The position numbers were made by a program, and so were the translations under genes. Below the pieces are notes generated by a model. That model did not search any database. It had not been told where the DNA came from and worked only from the letters and a program-made list of their open reading frames with translations. From Alphaproteobacteria bacterium (GTDB lineage Bacteria; Pseudomonadota; Alphaproteobacteria; SP197), in assembly GCA_964291415.2 (NCBI GenBank), contig OZ219920.1, positions 1,344,001 to 1,408,000 on the forward strand: a stretch of DNA of 64,000 bases, given 5' to 3'. Within the stretch, counting starts at the first letter, position 1; every line of letters starts with the position of its first letter. Positions 1 through 10,940 of the stretch are shown here, in pieces.

Positions 1-264
1 TCCGCCCGGGACGGGTCCGCTCTCGCCAACCCGCCTCTTCTGCTCCAACGGGAGATCGAAGAACTCGCGCGATGCCGCGCCGATGCGGTCGAGGAGCGCC
101 CAGGAGAAACCGTGACCGGAAATCAGGAAGAACCCGGTATCCTCGCACGCCGCACGAACCCTCGCTGCAACGAGGTCGCGAGCCTCCTCATCGCGCTCAC
201 CGAAAGGCCCGATGTCGATCACCGGTATGGCGCCGTTCGCCGGGGGGTGTCTGCTATACTGCAT
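1..264 (-). CDS. Isopenicillin N synthase-like 2OG-Fe(II) oxygenase, N-terminal part (runs off the window edge)
   Basis: Not in ORF track. Manual translation of the minus strand from ATG at 264 gives MQYSRHPPANGAIPVIDIGPF...VRAACEDTGFFLISGHG...SREFFDLPLEQKRRV, the typical DIOX_N pattern (IPvID, ACxxxGFF, FFxLPxExK). Confidence 0.85.
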   Translation of the reverse strand, partial: MQYSRHPPANGAIPVIDIGPFGERDEEARDLVAARVRAACEDTGFFLISGHGFSWALLDRIGAASREFFDLPLEQKRRVGESGPVPGG

Positions 265-333
265 GGCTCAATCCCGCATCGCGTCACCATGCCATGATCG
301 GGAACAACCGGAAAGCGGGAGTCCGCGTCTCAC

Positions 334-1074
334 ATGAAGGAAAGAAGGGACAACGGCAGGCCACTTGTCCTGTTTTCCGCCTCGAGGGAGCGTACCTGTT
401 CCTACCTGCCGGACCGTGAGGAGCAGATGGTGCTGACCGACCTCAAGGCGTCGGACGAGCCGGCACGGCTCCACGACGTTCTGAGCCAGGCCGGGTTCCG
501 ACGTTCCCACCAGGTGGCCTACCGGCCCGCGTGTGTCGGTTGCGATGCCTGCGTTCCGGTCAGGATACCGGTGACGGACTACCGGGCGTCGCGCAGCCAC
601 CGCCGCATCCTGCGCCGCAACCGGGATCTCGAGGTCAACGTTGCCGCGCCGGAGGCCACGCCGGAACACCATGCGCTTTTCCGTCGCTACATCGAGGCGC
701 GCCATCAGGGTGGTGGCATGTCGATGATGGACTACGGCGACTTCAGGGAGATGGTCTGTGACACGCCTGTCGATACCCGCCTTGTCGAGGCCCGCACCTC
801 CGACGGTACCCTCGTCGCCGTCTCGCTCACCGACTGGATGGAGAACGGGCTTTCCGGAGTCTACAAGTTCTACGATCCGCAGATGGCGCGCAGGAGCCTC
901 GGCACCTGGCTCATTCTCTGGCACATCGCCCACGCGCTGGAATCAGGCCGCGACCATGTCTATCTGGGCTACTGGATCGCGGACAGCGAAACGATGTCCT
1001 ACAAGGGCAACTTCCGGCCGCTGCAGGCCCTGACCGACGACGGCTGGATCAATCTCCCGCCAAGATCCGGCTGA
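334..1074 (+). CDS. bpt: Arginyl-tRNA-protein transferase family (bacterial Asp/Glu leucyltransferase, Bpt/Ate)
   Basis: Motifs CSYLP, GFRRS, YRPACxxCxACVPVRI, RHxGGGM, YLGYWI...MSYK. Confidence 0.9.
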   Translation: MKERRDNGRPLVLFSASRERTCSYLPDREEQMVLTDLKASDEPARLHDVLSQAGFRRSHQVAYRPACVGCDACVPVRIPVTDYRASRSHRRILRRNRDLEVNVAAPEATPEHHALFRRYIEARHQGGGMSMMDYGDFREMVCDTPVDTRLVEARTSDGTLVAVSLTDWMENGLSGVYKFYDPQMARRSLGTWLILWHIAHALESGRDHVYLGYWIADSETMSYKGNFRPLQALTDDGWINLPPRSG

Positions 1075-1169
1075 ATGGCTGACGGGCGAAGGCAAGCACC
1101 GAGGACTCTGCCGCGATGACGCGACGCTGTCGACGGCCGTGCAACCGGAGGGACATGAAGCTGAGCTGA

Positions 1170-3524
1170 TCAGTGCTCCGGCAGGAGTTCCGGGAGGAAC
1201 GTGGTGATGTCGGGGATGAGCCACATCAGTGTGAGCGCGATCAACTGGATGATGACGAAAGGCACCACGCCCCTGTAGATCTGGCCCGTGGTAATGCCCG
1301 GCGGCGCCACGCCGCGCAGGTAGAAGAGCGCAAAGCCGAAGGGCGGTGTCAGGAAGGAGGTCTGCAGGTTGACGGCGATCATGATCGTCACCCACTTGGG
1401 ATCGAGTGTACCGCCGTAGATCACCGGCCCGACAATGGGAATGACGATGTAGATGATCTCCAGGAAATCAAGGACGAATCCCAAAATGAAGAGCACGGCC
1501 ATGACCACCAGGAAAACGACCATCTCGTCGTCGAACGAGCGCAGGAACTCCTGGATGTGCTCTTCTCCGCCATAGGAGATCACCACCAGGTTGAGCATCT
1601 GGGAGCCGATCAGGATGGCGAACACCATCGCCGTCACCTTCGCCGTATCGCGCACCACGGAACCCAGAATCCCGTCGCGATAGAGAATGACGCAGGAGTA
1701 GATCAGCCCCGCGAAGGCAATGTGGTAGGCGACGACGGAAACGATGAAGGCCAGCCAGTTCTCGAAACCGACCACCTCGATCGACGTTCTGAGATCGAAA
1801 CTGGTGCCGACGAGCAGGAACACCACCACGGCCCACGCCGACATGATGATGAATTTGCCCTTGCGGCGGTCCTTGCGCTCGGAGAGGCGACGGTAGGCCG
1901 ACAGCATCAGCGCTCCCGACGCGCCGAGGCCGGCAGCGGCGGTCGGGCTCGTCACGCCACCAAGTATGGAACCGAGCACGGCAACGATGAGAACGAGAGG
2001 CGGGAAGACGACGCGCAGGACTTCGACCTCGGCAAGGCGTGGCAGCGCATGGCGCACGCCATAGAGCACGGCAACGACCGGCAGCGCGAGGATGAGCCAG
2101 GCGGTGCCGGTGCTCATCACCGGTGTCACGAGCCAGGCATCCGCCGCCAGCGTGGCGGCAATCCCGCCGGCGCCAACGAGAAGGGGCCGGCGGGACGCGG
2201 ATGGCGCGACACCCCACGCGATCGACATGACCAGCCCCAGGATGACGAGGCCGATCAAGAGTTTCTCGGACACCGGGGGCAGGAAGGCGATCGCTTCGGC
2301 CTCGAGAACATCGAGCTCCTCGTCCGTCGGCGTCACGAATTCAGCCGCCGCGCCGGATCCCGCCACGACCACCGACCGGTCCCACTTTTCCTGCCCGTGG
2401 AGCTCGATCATTGATTTCTTGCAATCGTCGGTAACGTTGGTGCGCAGCTCCGGTGATTCGGGCCGCTCGACGAGAGCCAGCCGGTCAACCGTTTGCGGGC
2501 CGGCAATGCCGGCGGTCACCATTCCTCCTGCCAGGGCAATCACCAGACCCGGGACGGCGAGGAACCAGAAGAGACGATGGTTGAGAGTGGCACCCTCATC
2601 CGCCAGGCTGGCGGCGGTGACGCGCACGGGAGGCGCCTTCGAGGGGCGCACCAAGGCATAGCAGAACACATAGGCGGCGTAGATGAACGCCAGAAGCAGA
2701 CCGGGAATGATTGCCGCCTTGAAGAGAGTGCCCACGGAGACCACGGCCGCTTCGCCGAGATATGTGAGAGCATCTCGGCACCCCGCTGTCACCGCACGTT
2801 CCTCCTGGGCGGTCGAGTAGAGGTCGCCGGCGAGGGTTCCGAGGAGAACGATCACGATCGATGGCGGGATAATCTGCCCCAGGGTACCCGAGGCCGATAT
2901 CACTCCGGTCGCCAGCTCGGGTGAGTACCGGTTGCGCAGCATGGTGGGCAGGGACAGCAGCCCCATGGTGACGACGGTGGCGCCGACTATACCGGTCGAA
3001 GCGGCGAGAAAGGCGCCCACCACCACCACCGAGACAGCCAGGCCACCGGGGAGAGCGCCGAAGACGCGGGCCATGGAGGTCAACAGGTCCTGGGCGATCC
3101 GGGAGCGCTCCAGGGAGATGCCCATGAGAATGAACATGGCGACAGCCAGGAGCAGTTCGATGGAGGGGCCCGCGAGCACGCGTTCATTCATCCGGTTGAC
3201 GATGAAGGTCAGGATGCGAAAGAAGGCGCCATCCACACCCTTCTCGAAGACCGGAACGGTCAATGTCGGCAGGTCGGGATAACGAAAGAGGGTGATCGCG
3301 TGTTCTTTCACGCCCGAGCCGATCAGTGCCGCATAGTCGTCGCTGCGGCTGTCGATGACTTCCTTGACCAGCAGGCCGGATTCACTCAGGCCGGCAATGA
3401 TGGCAAAGGCGACGAGGGCCGACCCGCCGATGGCGAAGGCCACGGGATACCCGGAGAGGATACCGGCAAAGAGGCACACCAGGGTAATGAGAAGTCCGAC
3501 CTCGACACCATCGAATCCGAACAT
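1170..3524 (-). CDS. dctM: TRAP transporter large permease (DctM), elongated 784-aa form
   Basis: GYPVAF, ASTGIVGATVV, GTLGQIIPPS, NLQTSFLTPPFG; start overlaps the dctQ stop. Confidence 0.92.
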   Translation of the reverse strand: MFGFDGVEVGLLITLVCLFAGILSGYPVAFAIGGSALVAFAIIAGLSESGLLVKEVIDSRSDDYAALIGSGVKEHAITLFRYPDLPTLTVPVFEKGVDGAFFRILTFIVNRMNERVLAGPSIELLLAVAMFILMGISLERSRIAQDLLTSMARVFGALPGGLAVSVVVVGAFLAASTGIVGATVVTMGLLSLPTMLRNRYSPELATGVISASGTLGQIIPPSIVIVLLGTLAGDLYSTAQEERAVTAGCRDALTYLGEAAVVSVGTLFKAAIIPGLLLAFIYAAYVFCYALVRPSKAPPVRVTAASLADEGATLNHRLFWFLAVPGLVIALAGGMVTAGIAGPQTVDRLALVERPESPELRTNVTDDCKKSMIELHGQEKWDRSVVVAGSGAAAEFVTPTDEELDVLEAEAIAFLPPVSEKLLIGLVILGLVMSIAWGVAPSASRRPLLVGAGGIAATLAADAWLVTPVMSTGTAWLILALPVVAVLYGVRHALPRLAEVEVLRVVFPPLVLIVAVLGSILGGVTSPTAAAGLGASGALMLSAYRRLSERKDRRKGKFIIMSAWAVVVFLLVGTSFDLRTSIEVVGFENWLAFIVSVVAYHIAFAGLIYSCVILYRDGILGSVVRDTAKVTAMVFAILIGSQMLNLVVISYGGEEHIQEFLRSFDDEMVVFLVVMAVLFILGFVLDFLEIIYIVIPIVGPVIYGGTLDPKWVTIMIAVNLQTSFLTPPFGFALFYLRGVAPPGITTGQIYRGVVPFVIIQLIALTLMWLIPDITTFLPELLPEH

Positions 3525-4432
3525 CAGGCGCCTGCCCCGGCGCCTTCGGCCGGCTTGTCGGGCACGACGTCCGGTATCGTGTCGAGATCCTTGTAGCGGT
3601 TGGCCGATCCTTCTCCTTCCCTGAACTCCAGAAGGCTGCGGTAGAAGTGCCCAAGTCCCTGGAGGAACATCAGCCCGGCGAATGAAACCAGCAGGACCTT
3701 GAAGAGGAAGTAGGCATCGAAGCCATTCGGCGAGAATCCGATGGTCTCGACATTCCAGCGGAGCAGCTGCGCCTTGCGCTCCAGGAGCTCGAGGGTATCA
3801 ATCGCCGACACCTTCGGCGTGACGAGGTGGCGCCACAGGAAGAACCAGCCGAACAGCCACACCACGCCGCAGAACGGCATCACGAAGAAGACTGAACCGA
3901 ACATGTCCAGCAGCCGCTTCGTGCGGAAGGACACCGAAGCATAGACGAGGTCGACCCGCACATGGCCGCCCTGGACGAACGTGTAGGCCGCGCACAGGGT
4001 TACGATCGCCGCATTGTAGAGCTTGAGTTCCTCGCTGAACCAGCTGAGATCCCTGGTGAACACGACGCCGAACGGGCCAACGGTGATTTCCGACACGAGA
4101 AAGATGCGCTGCAGGGCGATGATCATGATCTGCTGGATGACCATGACGAGAACTGCCCATGCGGCCACGCGGCCGATGACGTTGGAGAGACCCTCGATTC
4201 CACGCACCACGAGCCAGAGGAATCCGGGTTTCAGGAGGCCGATGACGAGGATGATGAGGGCAAGATCGATGATGACGAACAGGAACTCGAGGGAGGCGCC
4301 GAAGTAGACAATCCTGACCAGGCCGATGCCATCGGAAGGGTCAGGCCACGCTCCCGGTTCGATCAACAGGTAAAAGAGATTGGCCAGCCCGTCGAGAAGA
4401 TGGCGCAGGGGCCAGAGAATGGCTTCCGGCAT
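3524..4432 (-). CDS. dctQ: TRAP transporter small permease (DctQ) with N-terminal extension
   Basis: AAYTF..GGHVRVD motif, several hydrophobic segments, lies between the SBP and DctM. Confidence 0.88.
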   Translation of the reverse strand: MPEAILWPLRHLLDGLANLFYLLIEPGAWPDPSDGIGLVRIVYFGASLEFLFVIIDLALIILVIGLLKPGFLWLVVRGIEGLSNVIGRVAAWAVLVMVIQQIMIIALQRIFLVSEITVGPFGVVFTRDLSWFSEELKLYNAAIVTLCAAYTFVQGGHVRVDLVYASVSFRTKRLLDMFGSVFFVMPFCGVVWLFGWFFLWRHLVTPKVSAIDTLELLERKAQLLRWNVETIGFSPNGFDAYFLFKVLLVSFAGLMFLQGLGHFYRSLLEFREGEGSANRYKDLDTIPDVVPDKPAEGAGAGA

Positions 4433-4489
4433 GTGTCGCCCACGGGGACCGGCGCCCGCACCGTGTCACGATGCGGGCGCCCTTGGAAT

Positions 4490-5584
4490 TCAGATACCCA
4501 TGACGCGGTTGCGCTGCTGCGCATAGGCAATGGACGACAGCGCATTCCAGCTCGCCGACTTGACGAGCGAGTCGCGATAGGAGTCGTAGATCGTCTTGAA
4601 CAGAGGATCCCCCATGTTCTCCGCGTAGACCTTCTCGGCGGCCACGCCAAAGGCGTCCCAGACACTGTCGGGGAAGGCGAAAGTCTGGACGCCGGAAGAG
4701 ATCAGCCTCTGCAGGGCGGCCGAGTTGTTGGCGAGGAACTGCGAGAGGTTCCACACGTTGGCCTCGCCTGCCGCGCACTCGATGATCTTCTGTTCAGAGG
4801 CCGAAAGCCCGTCGAAGACCTGCCGGTTGACGGCAAGCGAGAGGCCCGGACCCGGCTCATGGAAGCCGGAGGTATAGTAGATCTTCGTGATCTCGAAGAA
4901 TCCGGCTTTCTCGTCGGCCCACGGGCCGATCCACTCCGTACCATCGATCTCGCCCTTGGAGAGCGCGTTGTAGACCTCGGCTCCGGGAATGTTCTGGACG
5001 GAGGCGCCAAGTTCGCCGAGCGCCTTGCCACCGAGACCGGGCATGCGGAACCGCAGGCCCTCGAAATCATCCGGCCCGTTGATTTCCTTGTGGAACCAGC
5101 CGCCGGCCTGAGATCCGGTGTTTCCGGCAAGGAAAGTCTTCAGGTTGAAGATCGAGGTGAGCTCGTCCTGCAGCTCGCGGCCACCCATGTGGTAGTACCA
5201 GTTGTTCAGTTCCTCGGCCGTCATGCCGAAGGGAACCGATGTGTAGAAGGCGAAAGCCGGATGCTGACCGACGAAATAGTAGTCGGCGGCATGGTAGATG
5301 TCGGCCTGTCCGGACGACACCGCATCGAAACACTCGAAGGCGCCAACGAGTTCGCCTGCCGCCTTGAAGTCGATTTCGATCATGCCGTCGGACATGGCGG
5401 TAATGTTGTCCGCACAGCGCTGGGCGGCGTCATGGACGCCGGCGAGGCCGCGACCCCACGACGTCACCATGGTCAGGGTCTTGCGGCCCTGTGATATCGC
5501 CGGTGTCGGAAATGCTGTGGCCACAGTGCCAGCGGCGCCTGCCGCCGCGATACCGGTGCCAGCCAGGAATCTGCGTCTGTTCAT
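4490..5584 (-). CDS. dctP: TRAP substrate-binding protein, TakP/DctP family, Tat-exported
   Basis: N-terminal RRRFL twin-arginine signal; GNTGSQAGGWF, RMPGLGG, EWIGPWAD, FHEPG motifs; AGGAG SD upstream. Confidence 0.92.
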   Translation of the reverse strand: MNRRRFLAGTGIAAAGAAGTVATAFPTPAISQGRKTLTMVTSWGRGLAGVHDAAQRCADNITAMSDGMIEIDFKAAGELVGAFECFDAVSSGQADIYHAADYYFVGQHPAFAFYTSVPFGMTAEELNNWYYHMGGRELQDELTSIFNLKTFLAGNTGSQAGGWFHKEINGPDDFEGLRFRMPGLGGKALGELGASVQNIPGAEVYNALSKGEIDGTEWIGPWADEKAGFFEITKIYYTSGFHEPGPGLSLAVNRQVFDGLSASEQKIIECAAGEANVWNLSQFLANNSAALQRLISSGVQTFAFPDSVWDAFGVAAEKVYAENMGDPLFKTIYDSYRDSLVKSASWNALSSIAYAQQRNRVMGI

Positions 5585-5726
5585 GGTACTCCTTCTCCCA
5601 GTTCTTCAGGGTTCCACATGACATGTTAGCCGTACCCGTATGGAGGGACAGCACTTGCTTTCCTGAAACATCATTATGCATACCGACGAGGCACATGCAC
5701 GATCAGTCTGCAACCGCGCCCATCCT

Positions 5727-6410
5727 TCAGGACAAGGTATCAACCGCCTCGAGATAGGAGTCGTAGAGGTCGACGTTGACGAGGTCCGATGCGGCTGCGT
5801 CCGCACCCCACAACTCGCGAGCCCTGAATGTCACCGTGTAGCAGTGTTCCGGACACTCGCCGAGGTCACGGGCATGAGTATCGGGATACACGAAGACACC
5901 GTGGTCGCTGACGATCTCGCCGATGCGCCCCCTCGTGTAGCGCGGTGCGCGGGTATGATGCCAAGGGTGTTCATTGAGGACCCGCACCCGGTCGCCGGGG
6001 CGAAATCGCGCCGGTGTTCCGGTACCGTCGCGCCGCGTCGATGCTCCTTTCGCCACGGCTTCCTCGATGTCGTCGAGAGTGGTACCCCGGCCACCACGGG
6101 GACGCTCGGGCACAGCCATGTTCGTCACGCAGGCCTCGACTTCGGCCGGTGACAGGAGGCCACGTTCCTCGAGAAAGGACTCCAGCGCGCGCGTCCATCG
6201 CTCGTAGTAACTCGCCTCGAGGTAGGCGAGAGGCGGAATGCGTTCGATGTGGGCGCGCAGGTGATCGTCCGAGAATCCGACCCGTCCCGACACCTGCAGG
6301 AGGATTCCGAAGGCCACCCTTTCCCAGTCGTCGTGGAACAGGGGTTCGTCCGCCTCGCGCGCGATGGCGCCAAAACCCATCATGCCGCCCATGTCGTGAA
6401 TGCCATCCAT
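5727..6410 (-). CDS. nthB: Nitrile hydratase beta subunit
   Basis: MDGIHDMGG start, YYERW, HTRAPRYTRG, YTVTFRARELWG, DLYDSYLE. Confidence 0.95.
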   Translation of the reverse strand: MDGIHDMGGMMGFGAIAREADEPLFHDDWERVAFGILLQVSGRVGFSDDHLRAHIERIPPLAYLEASYYERWTRALESFLEERGLLSPAEVEACVTNMAVPERPRGGRGTTLDDIEEAVAKGASTRRDGTGTPARFRPGDRVRVLNEHPWHHTRAPRYTRGRIGEIVSDHGVFVYPDTHARDLGECPEHCYTVTFRARELWGADAAASDLVNVDLYDSYLEAVDTLS

Positions 6411-6420
6411 GATGCCCTCG

Positions 6421-7008
6421 TCACACCATGGCCACGCCGATCATGCCGTCTCGTGTCACGAGACCGGCAAGTTCCTCACGGGTGAGTTCGTCGCTGCCAG
6501 CGGGGCGCTGCGGCAGGACCATGTAGCGCAGGTCCGCACTCGAGTCCCAGACGCGGATCTCGACATCGTCCGCCACGTCACATCCCATCTCGGCGAGCAC
6601 GGCTCGCGGCTCACGCACGACGCGTGCCCGGTAGGGCTCACTCTTGTACCAGCGCGGCGGCAGTCCGAGCACGGGCCACGGGTAACAGGAACACAGGGTG
6701 CAGACGACCACGTTGTGGACACCCGGCGTGTTCTCCACAACCACCATGTTCTCACCCTGCATGCCCGATATGCCGAGCCCCGCCATGGCTCCCGAAGCGT
6801 TGGTGAGGAGGCGTTCACGAAAAGCGGCGTCACTCCATGCCTCGGCCACCACCCTGGCGCCATGGTGCGGCCCGACCCTGGTCTCGTAGAGTTCCACGAG
6901 ACGATCAATGGTGTCGGGATCGCAATAGCCCTTGTCCGTCAGAAGCTGCTCGAGGGCGGCGACGCGCAGGGCCATGGCCGAAGGGGGCTGATGATGGTGC
7001 TGCGACAT
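6421..7008 (-). CDS. nthA: Nitrile hydratase alpha subunit, cobalt type
   Basis: VCTLCSCY metal-binding motif (Thr/Tyr indicate Co-type), [15 protein letters not shown]; start re-picked at ATG 7008 (MSQHHHQ) after GGGAG. Confidence 0.95.
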   Translation of the reverse strand: MSQHHHQPPSAMALRVAALEQLLTDKGYCDPDTIDRLVELYETRVGPHHGARVVAEAWSDAAFRERLLTNASGAMAGLGISGMQGENMVVVENTPGVHNVVVCTLCSCYPWPVLGLPPRWYKSEPYRARVVREPRAVLAEMGCDVADDVEIRVWDSSADLRYMVLPQRPAGSDELTREELAGLVTRDGMIGVAMV

Positions 7009-7066
7009 CTCCCTCGCCGGGGCAGGTTCACTCCCGTTCGAGTATTCCCGCCCCGGCCGCCCGGCG

Positions 7067-9289
7067 TCAACTGAAGCGGTTGTTCCGGGAAAAGCCGGCG
7101 GGAGCAGGCTGGCCTGCCTGGCCGCGCTTGCCGAGCCATCTTGCAAGGTCGTGCTGTGTACGTGTGCGGGTCCCCGATTGCCAGGAAAGGCCGGCATCGA
7201 GTGCAAAGACCGTCGCATCCGAGACGCCACCCTGCCGGTAGCGCTGCAGGATGACGCCCGAACCCCTGGCCTGTTCCGGCACGTCCCGGAGCGGAAAGAC
7301 GAGCAGCCTGCCATTCTCGCCGACGACGGCCACATGGTCCCCCTCGACGATCTTCAGCACCTTCGCCTCATCGCCGGAGGCGGGATTGAGCACCTGCTTT
7401 CCTCCGCGTTTTCGGGACTCCACGAGATCTTCGCCTACCACGAACCCCTTGCCGCGGGAGGACGCCACCAGGAACTTGCGACCGCCCTGGAAGACGACCA
7501 TGGCGGCGACATCGACATCGTTGCCCATATCGAGCATGAGTCGCAGCGGGTCGCCGAAACCTCTCGCTGCAGGCAGCCTTTCGCAGGCCAGGGTGAAGAA
7601 CTTTCCGTCGGTTGCGAGTACAAGCAACCTGTCGGTCGTCCACGCCTCGAGGCGCAACCTCTCGCGATCGCCTTCCTTGAAACGCAGTTCGCCCACCTGG
7701 TCGCCATGTCCCTTGGCCGCGCGGATCCAGCCCTTGTCGGAGAGCACCACCGTGACGGCCTCCCGGTGCACCGTGGCGTCGACCGGGATGTCGTCGACCA
7801 GCGGCGGACGGCCGAAGACGGTGCGCCGCCTGCCAAGCCCGTCATCTCCCCCGAACTGCCGGGCGATATCCGAGAACTCGGCCTTCAGCGCCTCTTTCTG
7901 CCTTTCGTCCGATTCCAGAAGACGCCGGAGATCGCCCGATTCCGCCTTCAGCTCCTTCCTCTCACGCGCGATTCTCATCTCCTCCAGACGGCGCAGCGAG
8001 CGCAGACGCATGTTGAGAATGGCCTCTGTCTGGACCTCGGTGAGACCGAAGCGCAGGGCCAGCGCCGCGGCCGGGTCGTCCTCGTCGCGGATGATGCGAA
8101 TCACCTCGTCGAGATTGAGATAGACAATGCGATGTCCCTCGAGGACTTCCAAACGGCGGCGGATGGCAGCAAGGCGGTTGCGCGACCGGCGCACCAGAAC
8201 GTCGCGCCGATGGCCGATGAAGGCGGTCAGTACGCGACTGAGATCCATGACTCCGGGAATGCCGGAGGCGTCGAGCACGTTCATGTTGAGGGCGAACCGC
8301 GACTCCAGGTCCGTGACACGGAACAGCGACTCCATGAGGATTGCGGGATCCACAGACCGGTTTCTCGGTTGCAGGACGAGACGAATGTCTTCGGTCGACT
8401 CGTCGCTCACACCCTCCAGCAACGGCAGTTTGCGGGCCTCGATGAGTTCGGCGATGCGTTCGATCAGGCGTGACTTCTGGACCTGGAAGGGCAGCTCGGT
8501 CACGACGATTCGCCAGGTGCCCCGAGCCTGTTTCTCGATGGTCCAGCGTGCCCTGACGCGGAACGATCCCCGTCCCGTTTCATAGGCCTCGCGGATGGTG
8601 TCGGAATCGTCCACGAGCTCGCCGCCGGTGGGAAAGTCCGGTCCCTTCACGATGGTCACGAGTTCGGCAACGGAGGCCTCGGGCGTCCCCACGAGGTGGA
8701 TCAGCGCCGCGCACAGCTCTGCGACATTGTGGGGCGGGATACTCGTCGCCATGCCCACGGCAATGCCGCTTGCTCCGTTGGCCAGAAGATTGGGGAAGCG
8801 CGATGGCAGCACCACCGGTTCCGATTCCGAGCCGTCGTAGGTGTCGCGGAAATCGACGACATCGTCGTCGAGTCCGTCAAGCAGGGCCACCGCTACCGCG
8901 GTCAGGCGCGCCTCGGTGTAGCGCATGGCCGCGGCATTGTCGCCGTCGACATTGCCGAAGTTGCCCTGGCCGTCAACCAGCGGGTAGCGCGCCGCAAACT
9001 CCTGGGCGAGACGCACGAGGGCGTCGTAGATGGCCTGGTCGCCGTGGGGATGGTACTTGCCGATGACATCACCCACCACGCGCGCCGACTTCTTGAATCC
9101 CTCATTCGGATCGAGGCGGAGTTGCCGCATGGCATAGAGTATCCGCCGATGGACCGGCTTGAGGCCGTCCCTGACGTCAGGCAGAGAGCGCGACGTGATG
9201 GTCGACATCGCGTAGGCGAGATAGCGTTGCGTGAGCGCATCGGCGAGACCGACAGTCTCGACGGCGCCATCATGGTCCCGATCGATCAT
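7067..9289 (-). CDS. parC: DNA topoisomerase IV subunit A
   Basis: [30 protein letters not shown]; 740 aa, no GyrA box, follows recO. Confidence 0.95.
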   Translation of the reverse strand: MIDRDHDGAVETVGLADALTQRYLAYAMSTITSRSLPDVRDGLKPVHRRILYAMRQLRLDPNEGFKKSARVVGDVIGKYHPHGDQAIYDALVRLAQEFAARYPLVDGQGNFGNVDGDNAAAMRYTEARLTAVAVALLDGLDDDVVDFRDTYDGSESEPVVLPSRFPNLLANGASGIAVGMATSIPPHNVAELCAALIHLVGTPEASVAELVTIVKGPDFPTGGELVDDSDTIREAYETGRGSFRVRARWTIEKQARGTWRIVVTELPFQVQKSRLIERIAELIEARKLPLLEGVSDESTEDIRLVLQPRNRSVDPAILMESLFRVTDLESRFALNMNVLDASGIPGVMDLSRVLTAFIGHRRDVLVRRSRNRLAAIRRRLEVLEGHRIVYLNLDEVIRIIRDEDDPAAALALRFGLTEVQTEAILNMRLRSLRRLEEMRIARERKELKAESGDLRRLLESDERQKEALKAEFSDIARQFGGDDGLGRRRTVFGRPPLVDDIPVDATVHREAVTVVLSDKGWIRAAKGHGDQVGELRFKEGDRERLRLEAWTTDRLLVLATDGKFFTLACERLPAARGFGDPLRLMLDMGNDVDVAAMVVFQGGRKFLVASSRGKGFVVGEDLVESRKRGGKQVLNPASGDEAKVLKIVEGDHVAVVGENGRLLVFPLRDVPEQARGSGVILQRYRQGGVSDATVFALDAGLSWQSGTRTRTQHDLARWLGKRGQAGQPAPAGFSRNNRFS

Positions 9290-10038
9290 GACTCCAGGGT
9301 GCCACTATATGTGGTGGGCTGTCCAGAAAGAACATCTACAAAGCGTTGTCGGGCCGGGGGCAGTCCGGTTGTTTCCCCGGCCAGGACATGGCGCTCGAGA
9401 AAGTACCCGGACAATCTGAGGCCGGCGAGAACGTCGTCCGCCCGGGCCTCCGGCGCCCCAACCAGAAATCCGGGAAGATCGAGAAGTTTCTCCTTCCACG
9501 GCTCGCCCGCTGCAGCCGAGACGGCGCGACCGCTGCGCGGCGACACCCAGACGAGATCTTCCGTGGATCCGGTGAGCGCACAGCGCTTGAGATCAAGTCC
9601 GTACCCGAGAACGTCCAGCAGGCCGAGTTCCCATCTGACATAGGCGGCGTCCCAGTGGCTGACACCCAGCCGCAACTGCCGCACCAGCACCTCCGTGGCG
9701 GTGAACAGCGCTTCACAGGGAAGGCGATCGGCCAATGTCCTTTCGGCAAGCGCACAGGCGCTGGCAAGGCAGGCAAGGCGCGGTGGATCTCCCAGCAGGG
9801 CCGACGCCACGGCGTCCTCGGGCTCGATGACGAAGGTTCCGAGGTGATCAGGCAACCGGGCGCGCCACCGCGCAGCGACGATGTTGCCGGTCTGCAGCAC
9901 GCCGGCATGACGGCGGCTGCGCCCTCCCCGCACGAGACCGGTGTGGCGTCCGTGGCCGGTCGTCAACAGGCTGGCAATCACGGAGGTTTCGCCATGCGGT
10001 CGCACGCCGAGCACGATGGCGCGATCGTGCCATTCCAT
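9286..10038 (-). CDS. recO: DNA repair protein RecO
   Basis: Start re-picked at [10 protein letters not shown]; HGE, GRHxGLVRGG, [15 protein letters not shown]. Confidence 0.95.
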   Translation of the reverse strand: MEWHDRAIVLGVRPHGETSVIASLLTTGHGRHTGLVRGGRSRRHAGVLQTGNIVAARWRARLPDHLGTFVIEPEDAVASALLGDPPRLACLASACALAERTLADRLPCEALFTATEVLVRQLRLGVSHWDAAYVRWELGLLDVLGYGLDLKRCALTGSTEDLVWVSPRSGRAVSAAAGEPWKEKLLDLPGFLVGAPEARADDVLAGLRLSGYFLERHVLAGETTGLPPARQRFVDVLSGQPTTYSGTLES

Positions 10039-10043
10039 CGCCG

Positions 10044-10940
10044 TCAGCCCGGAAACTCGAGACCGATCTCGCGGTATCGCGCCGGATCGTCGAGCCAGCC
10101 GGTCCGCACCTTCACGTGGAGAAAGAGATGCACCCTGCACTCGAGCAACGTCTCGAGTTCCCGGCGTGCCGCCTTGCCGACCTCGCGGATGGTGCGGCCG
10201 TTCCTGCCCAGGACGATGGCCTTGTGGCCGCGCCGTGCCACGTAGATCACCTGATCGATCCTGACCGCCCCCTCCTCCTGAAGATCGGTCCACAGCTCTG
10301 TCTCCACGGAGAGTTCATAGGGAAGTTCCTGATGCACCCTGACAAAGAGCTTCTCGCGGGTGATCTCGGCCGCAAGACGGGCCAACGGCTGGTCGCTCAG
10401 ATGATCGGCGGGAAACAGCCATGGCTGGGAAGGCAGCTTTTCGGCGAGCGCCGTCACGACATCATCGACGCCATCACCGTGCAGCGCCGAAATGTAGAAG
10501 ATCTCCTCGACCACCTCATGCTCGCCGATTCGCCCGGCAAGGGGCAGCAGGGCGTCGCGGGACACCAGGTCGATCTTGTTGATGGCGCACAACACATGTC
10601 GGTGCCGGTTCAGGCGAGAGAGGATGGACGTCGCGGAGTTATCAAGGCCGCGTCGCGCATCGATGACCAGCAGTGTGGCATCGGCGTCAACGGCCCCGTT
10701 CCACGCCGTCTTGACCAGAGCTCGTTCCAGGCGCTTCCTGGGCTGGAAAATACCTGGTGTGTCGACAAGCACAATCTGCGTGATGCCGACATTGCAGATG
10801 CCGCTGACGCGCCCTCGGGTGGTCTGCACCTTGTGGGTGACGATCGAGACCTTGGCACCGACCAGCGTGTTGACGAGAGTCGACTTTCCGGCGTTCGGTG
10901 CTCCGAGGATGGCCACATGGCCGCACCGTTGCGCTGTCAC
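10044..10940 (-). CDS. era: GTPase Era
   Basis: GAPNAGKS, QTTR, DTPG, NKID, KH domain; GTG start overlaps the rnc stop (GTGA). Confidence 0.96.
   Translation of the reverse strand: MTAQRCGHVAILGAPNAGKSTLVNTLVGAKVSIVTHKVQTTRGRVSGICNVGITQIVLVDTPGIFQPRKRLERALVKTAWNGAVDADATLLVIDARRGLDNSATSILSRLNRHRHVLCAINKIDLVSRDALLPLAGRIGEHEVVEEIFYISALHGDGVDDVVTALAEKLPSQPWLFPADHLSDQPLARLAAEITREKLFVRVHQELPYELSVETELWTDLQEEGAVRIDQVIYVARRGHKAIVLGRNGRTIREVGKAARRELETLLECRVHLFLHVKVRTGWLDDPARYREIGLEFPG

Noticed and set aside
72-419. Plus-strand ORFs upstream of bpt
   Set aside because: The region is explained by the minus-strand 2OG-Fe(II) oxygenase start at 264.
6421-7335. Apparent long N-terminal extensions on nthA (and likewise recO, era, rnc, folK, Fe-ADH, MaoC) in the ORF track
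   Set aside because: Artefacts of longest-ORF calling that overlap neighbouring genes; internal starts match family N-termini and stop/start overlaps.
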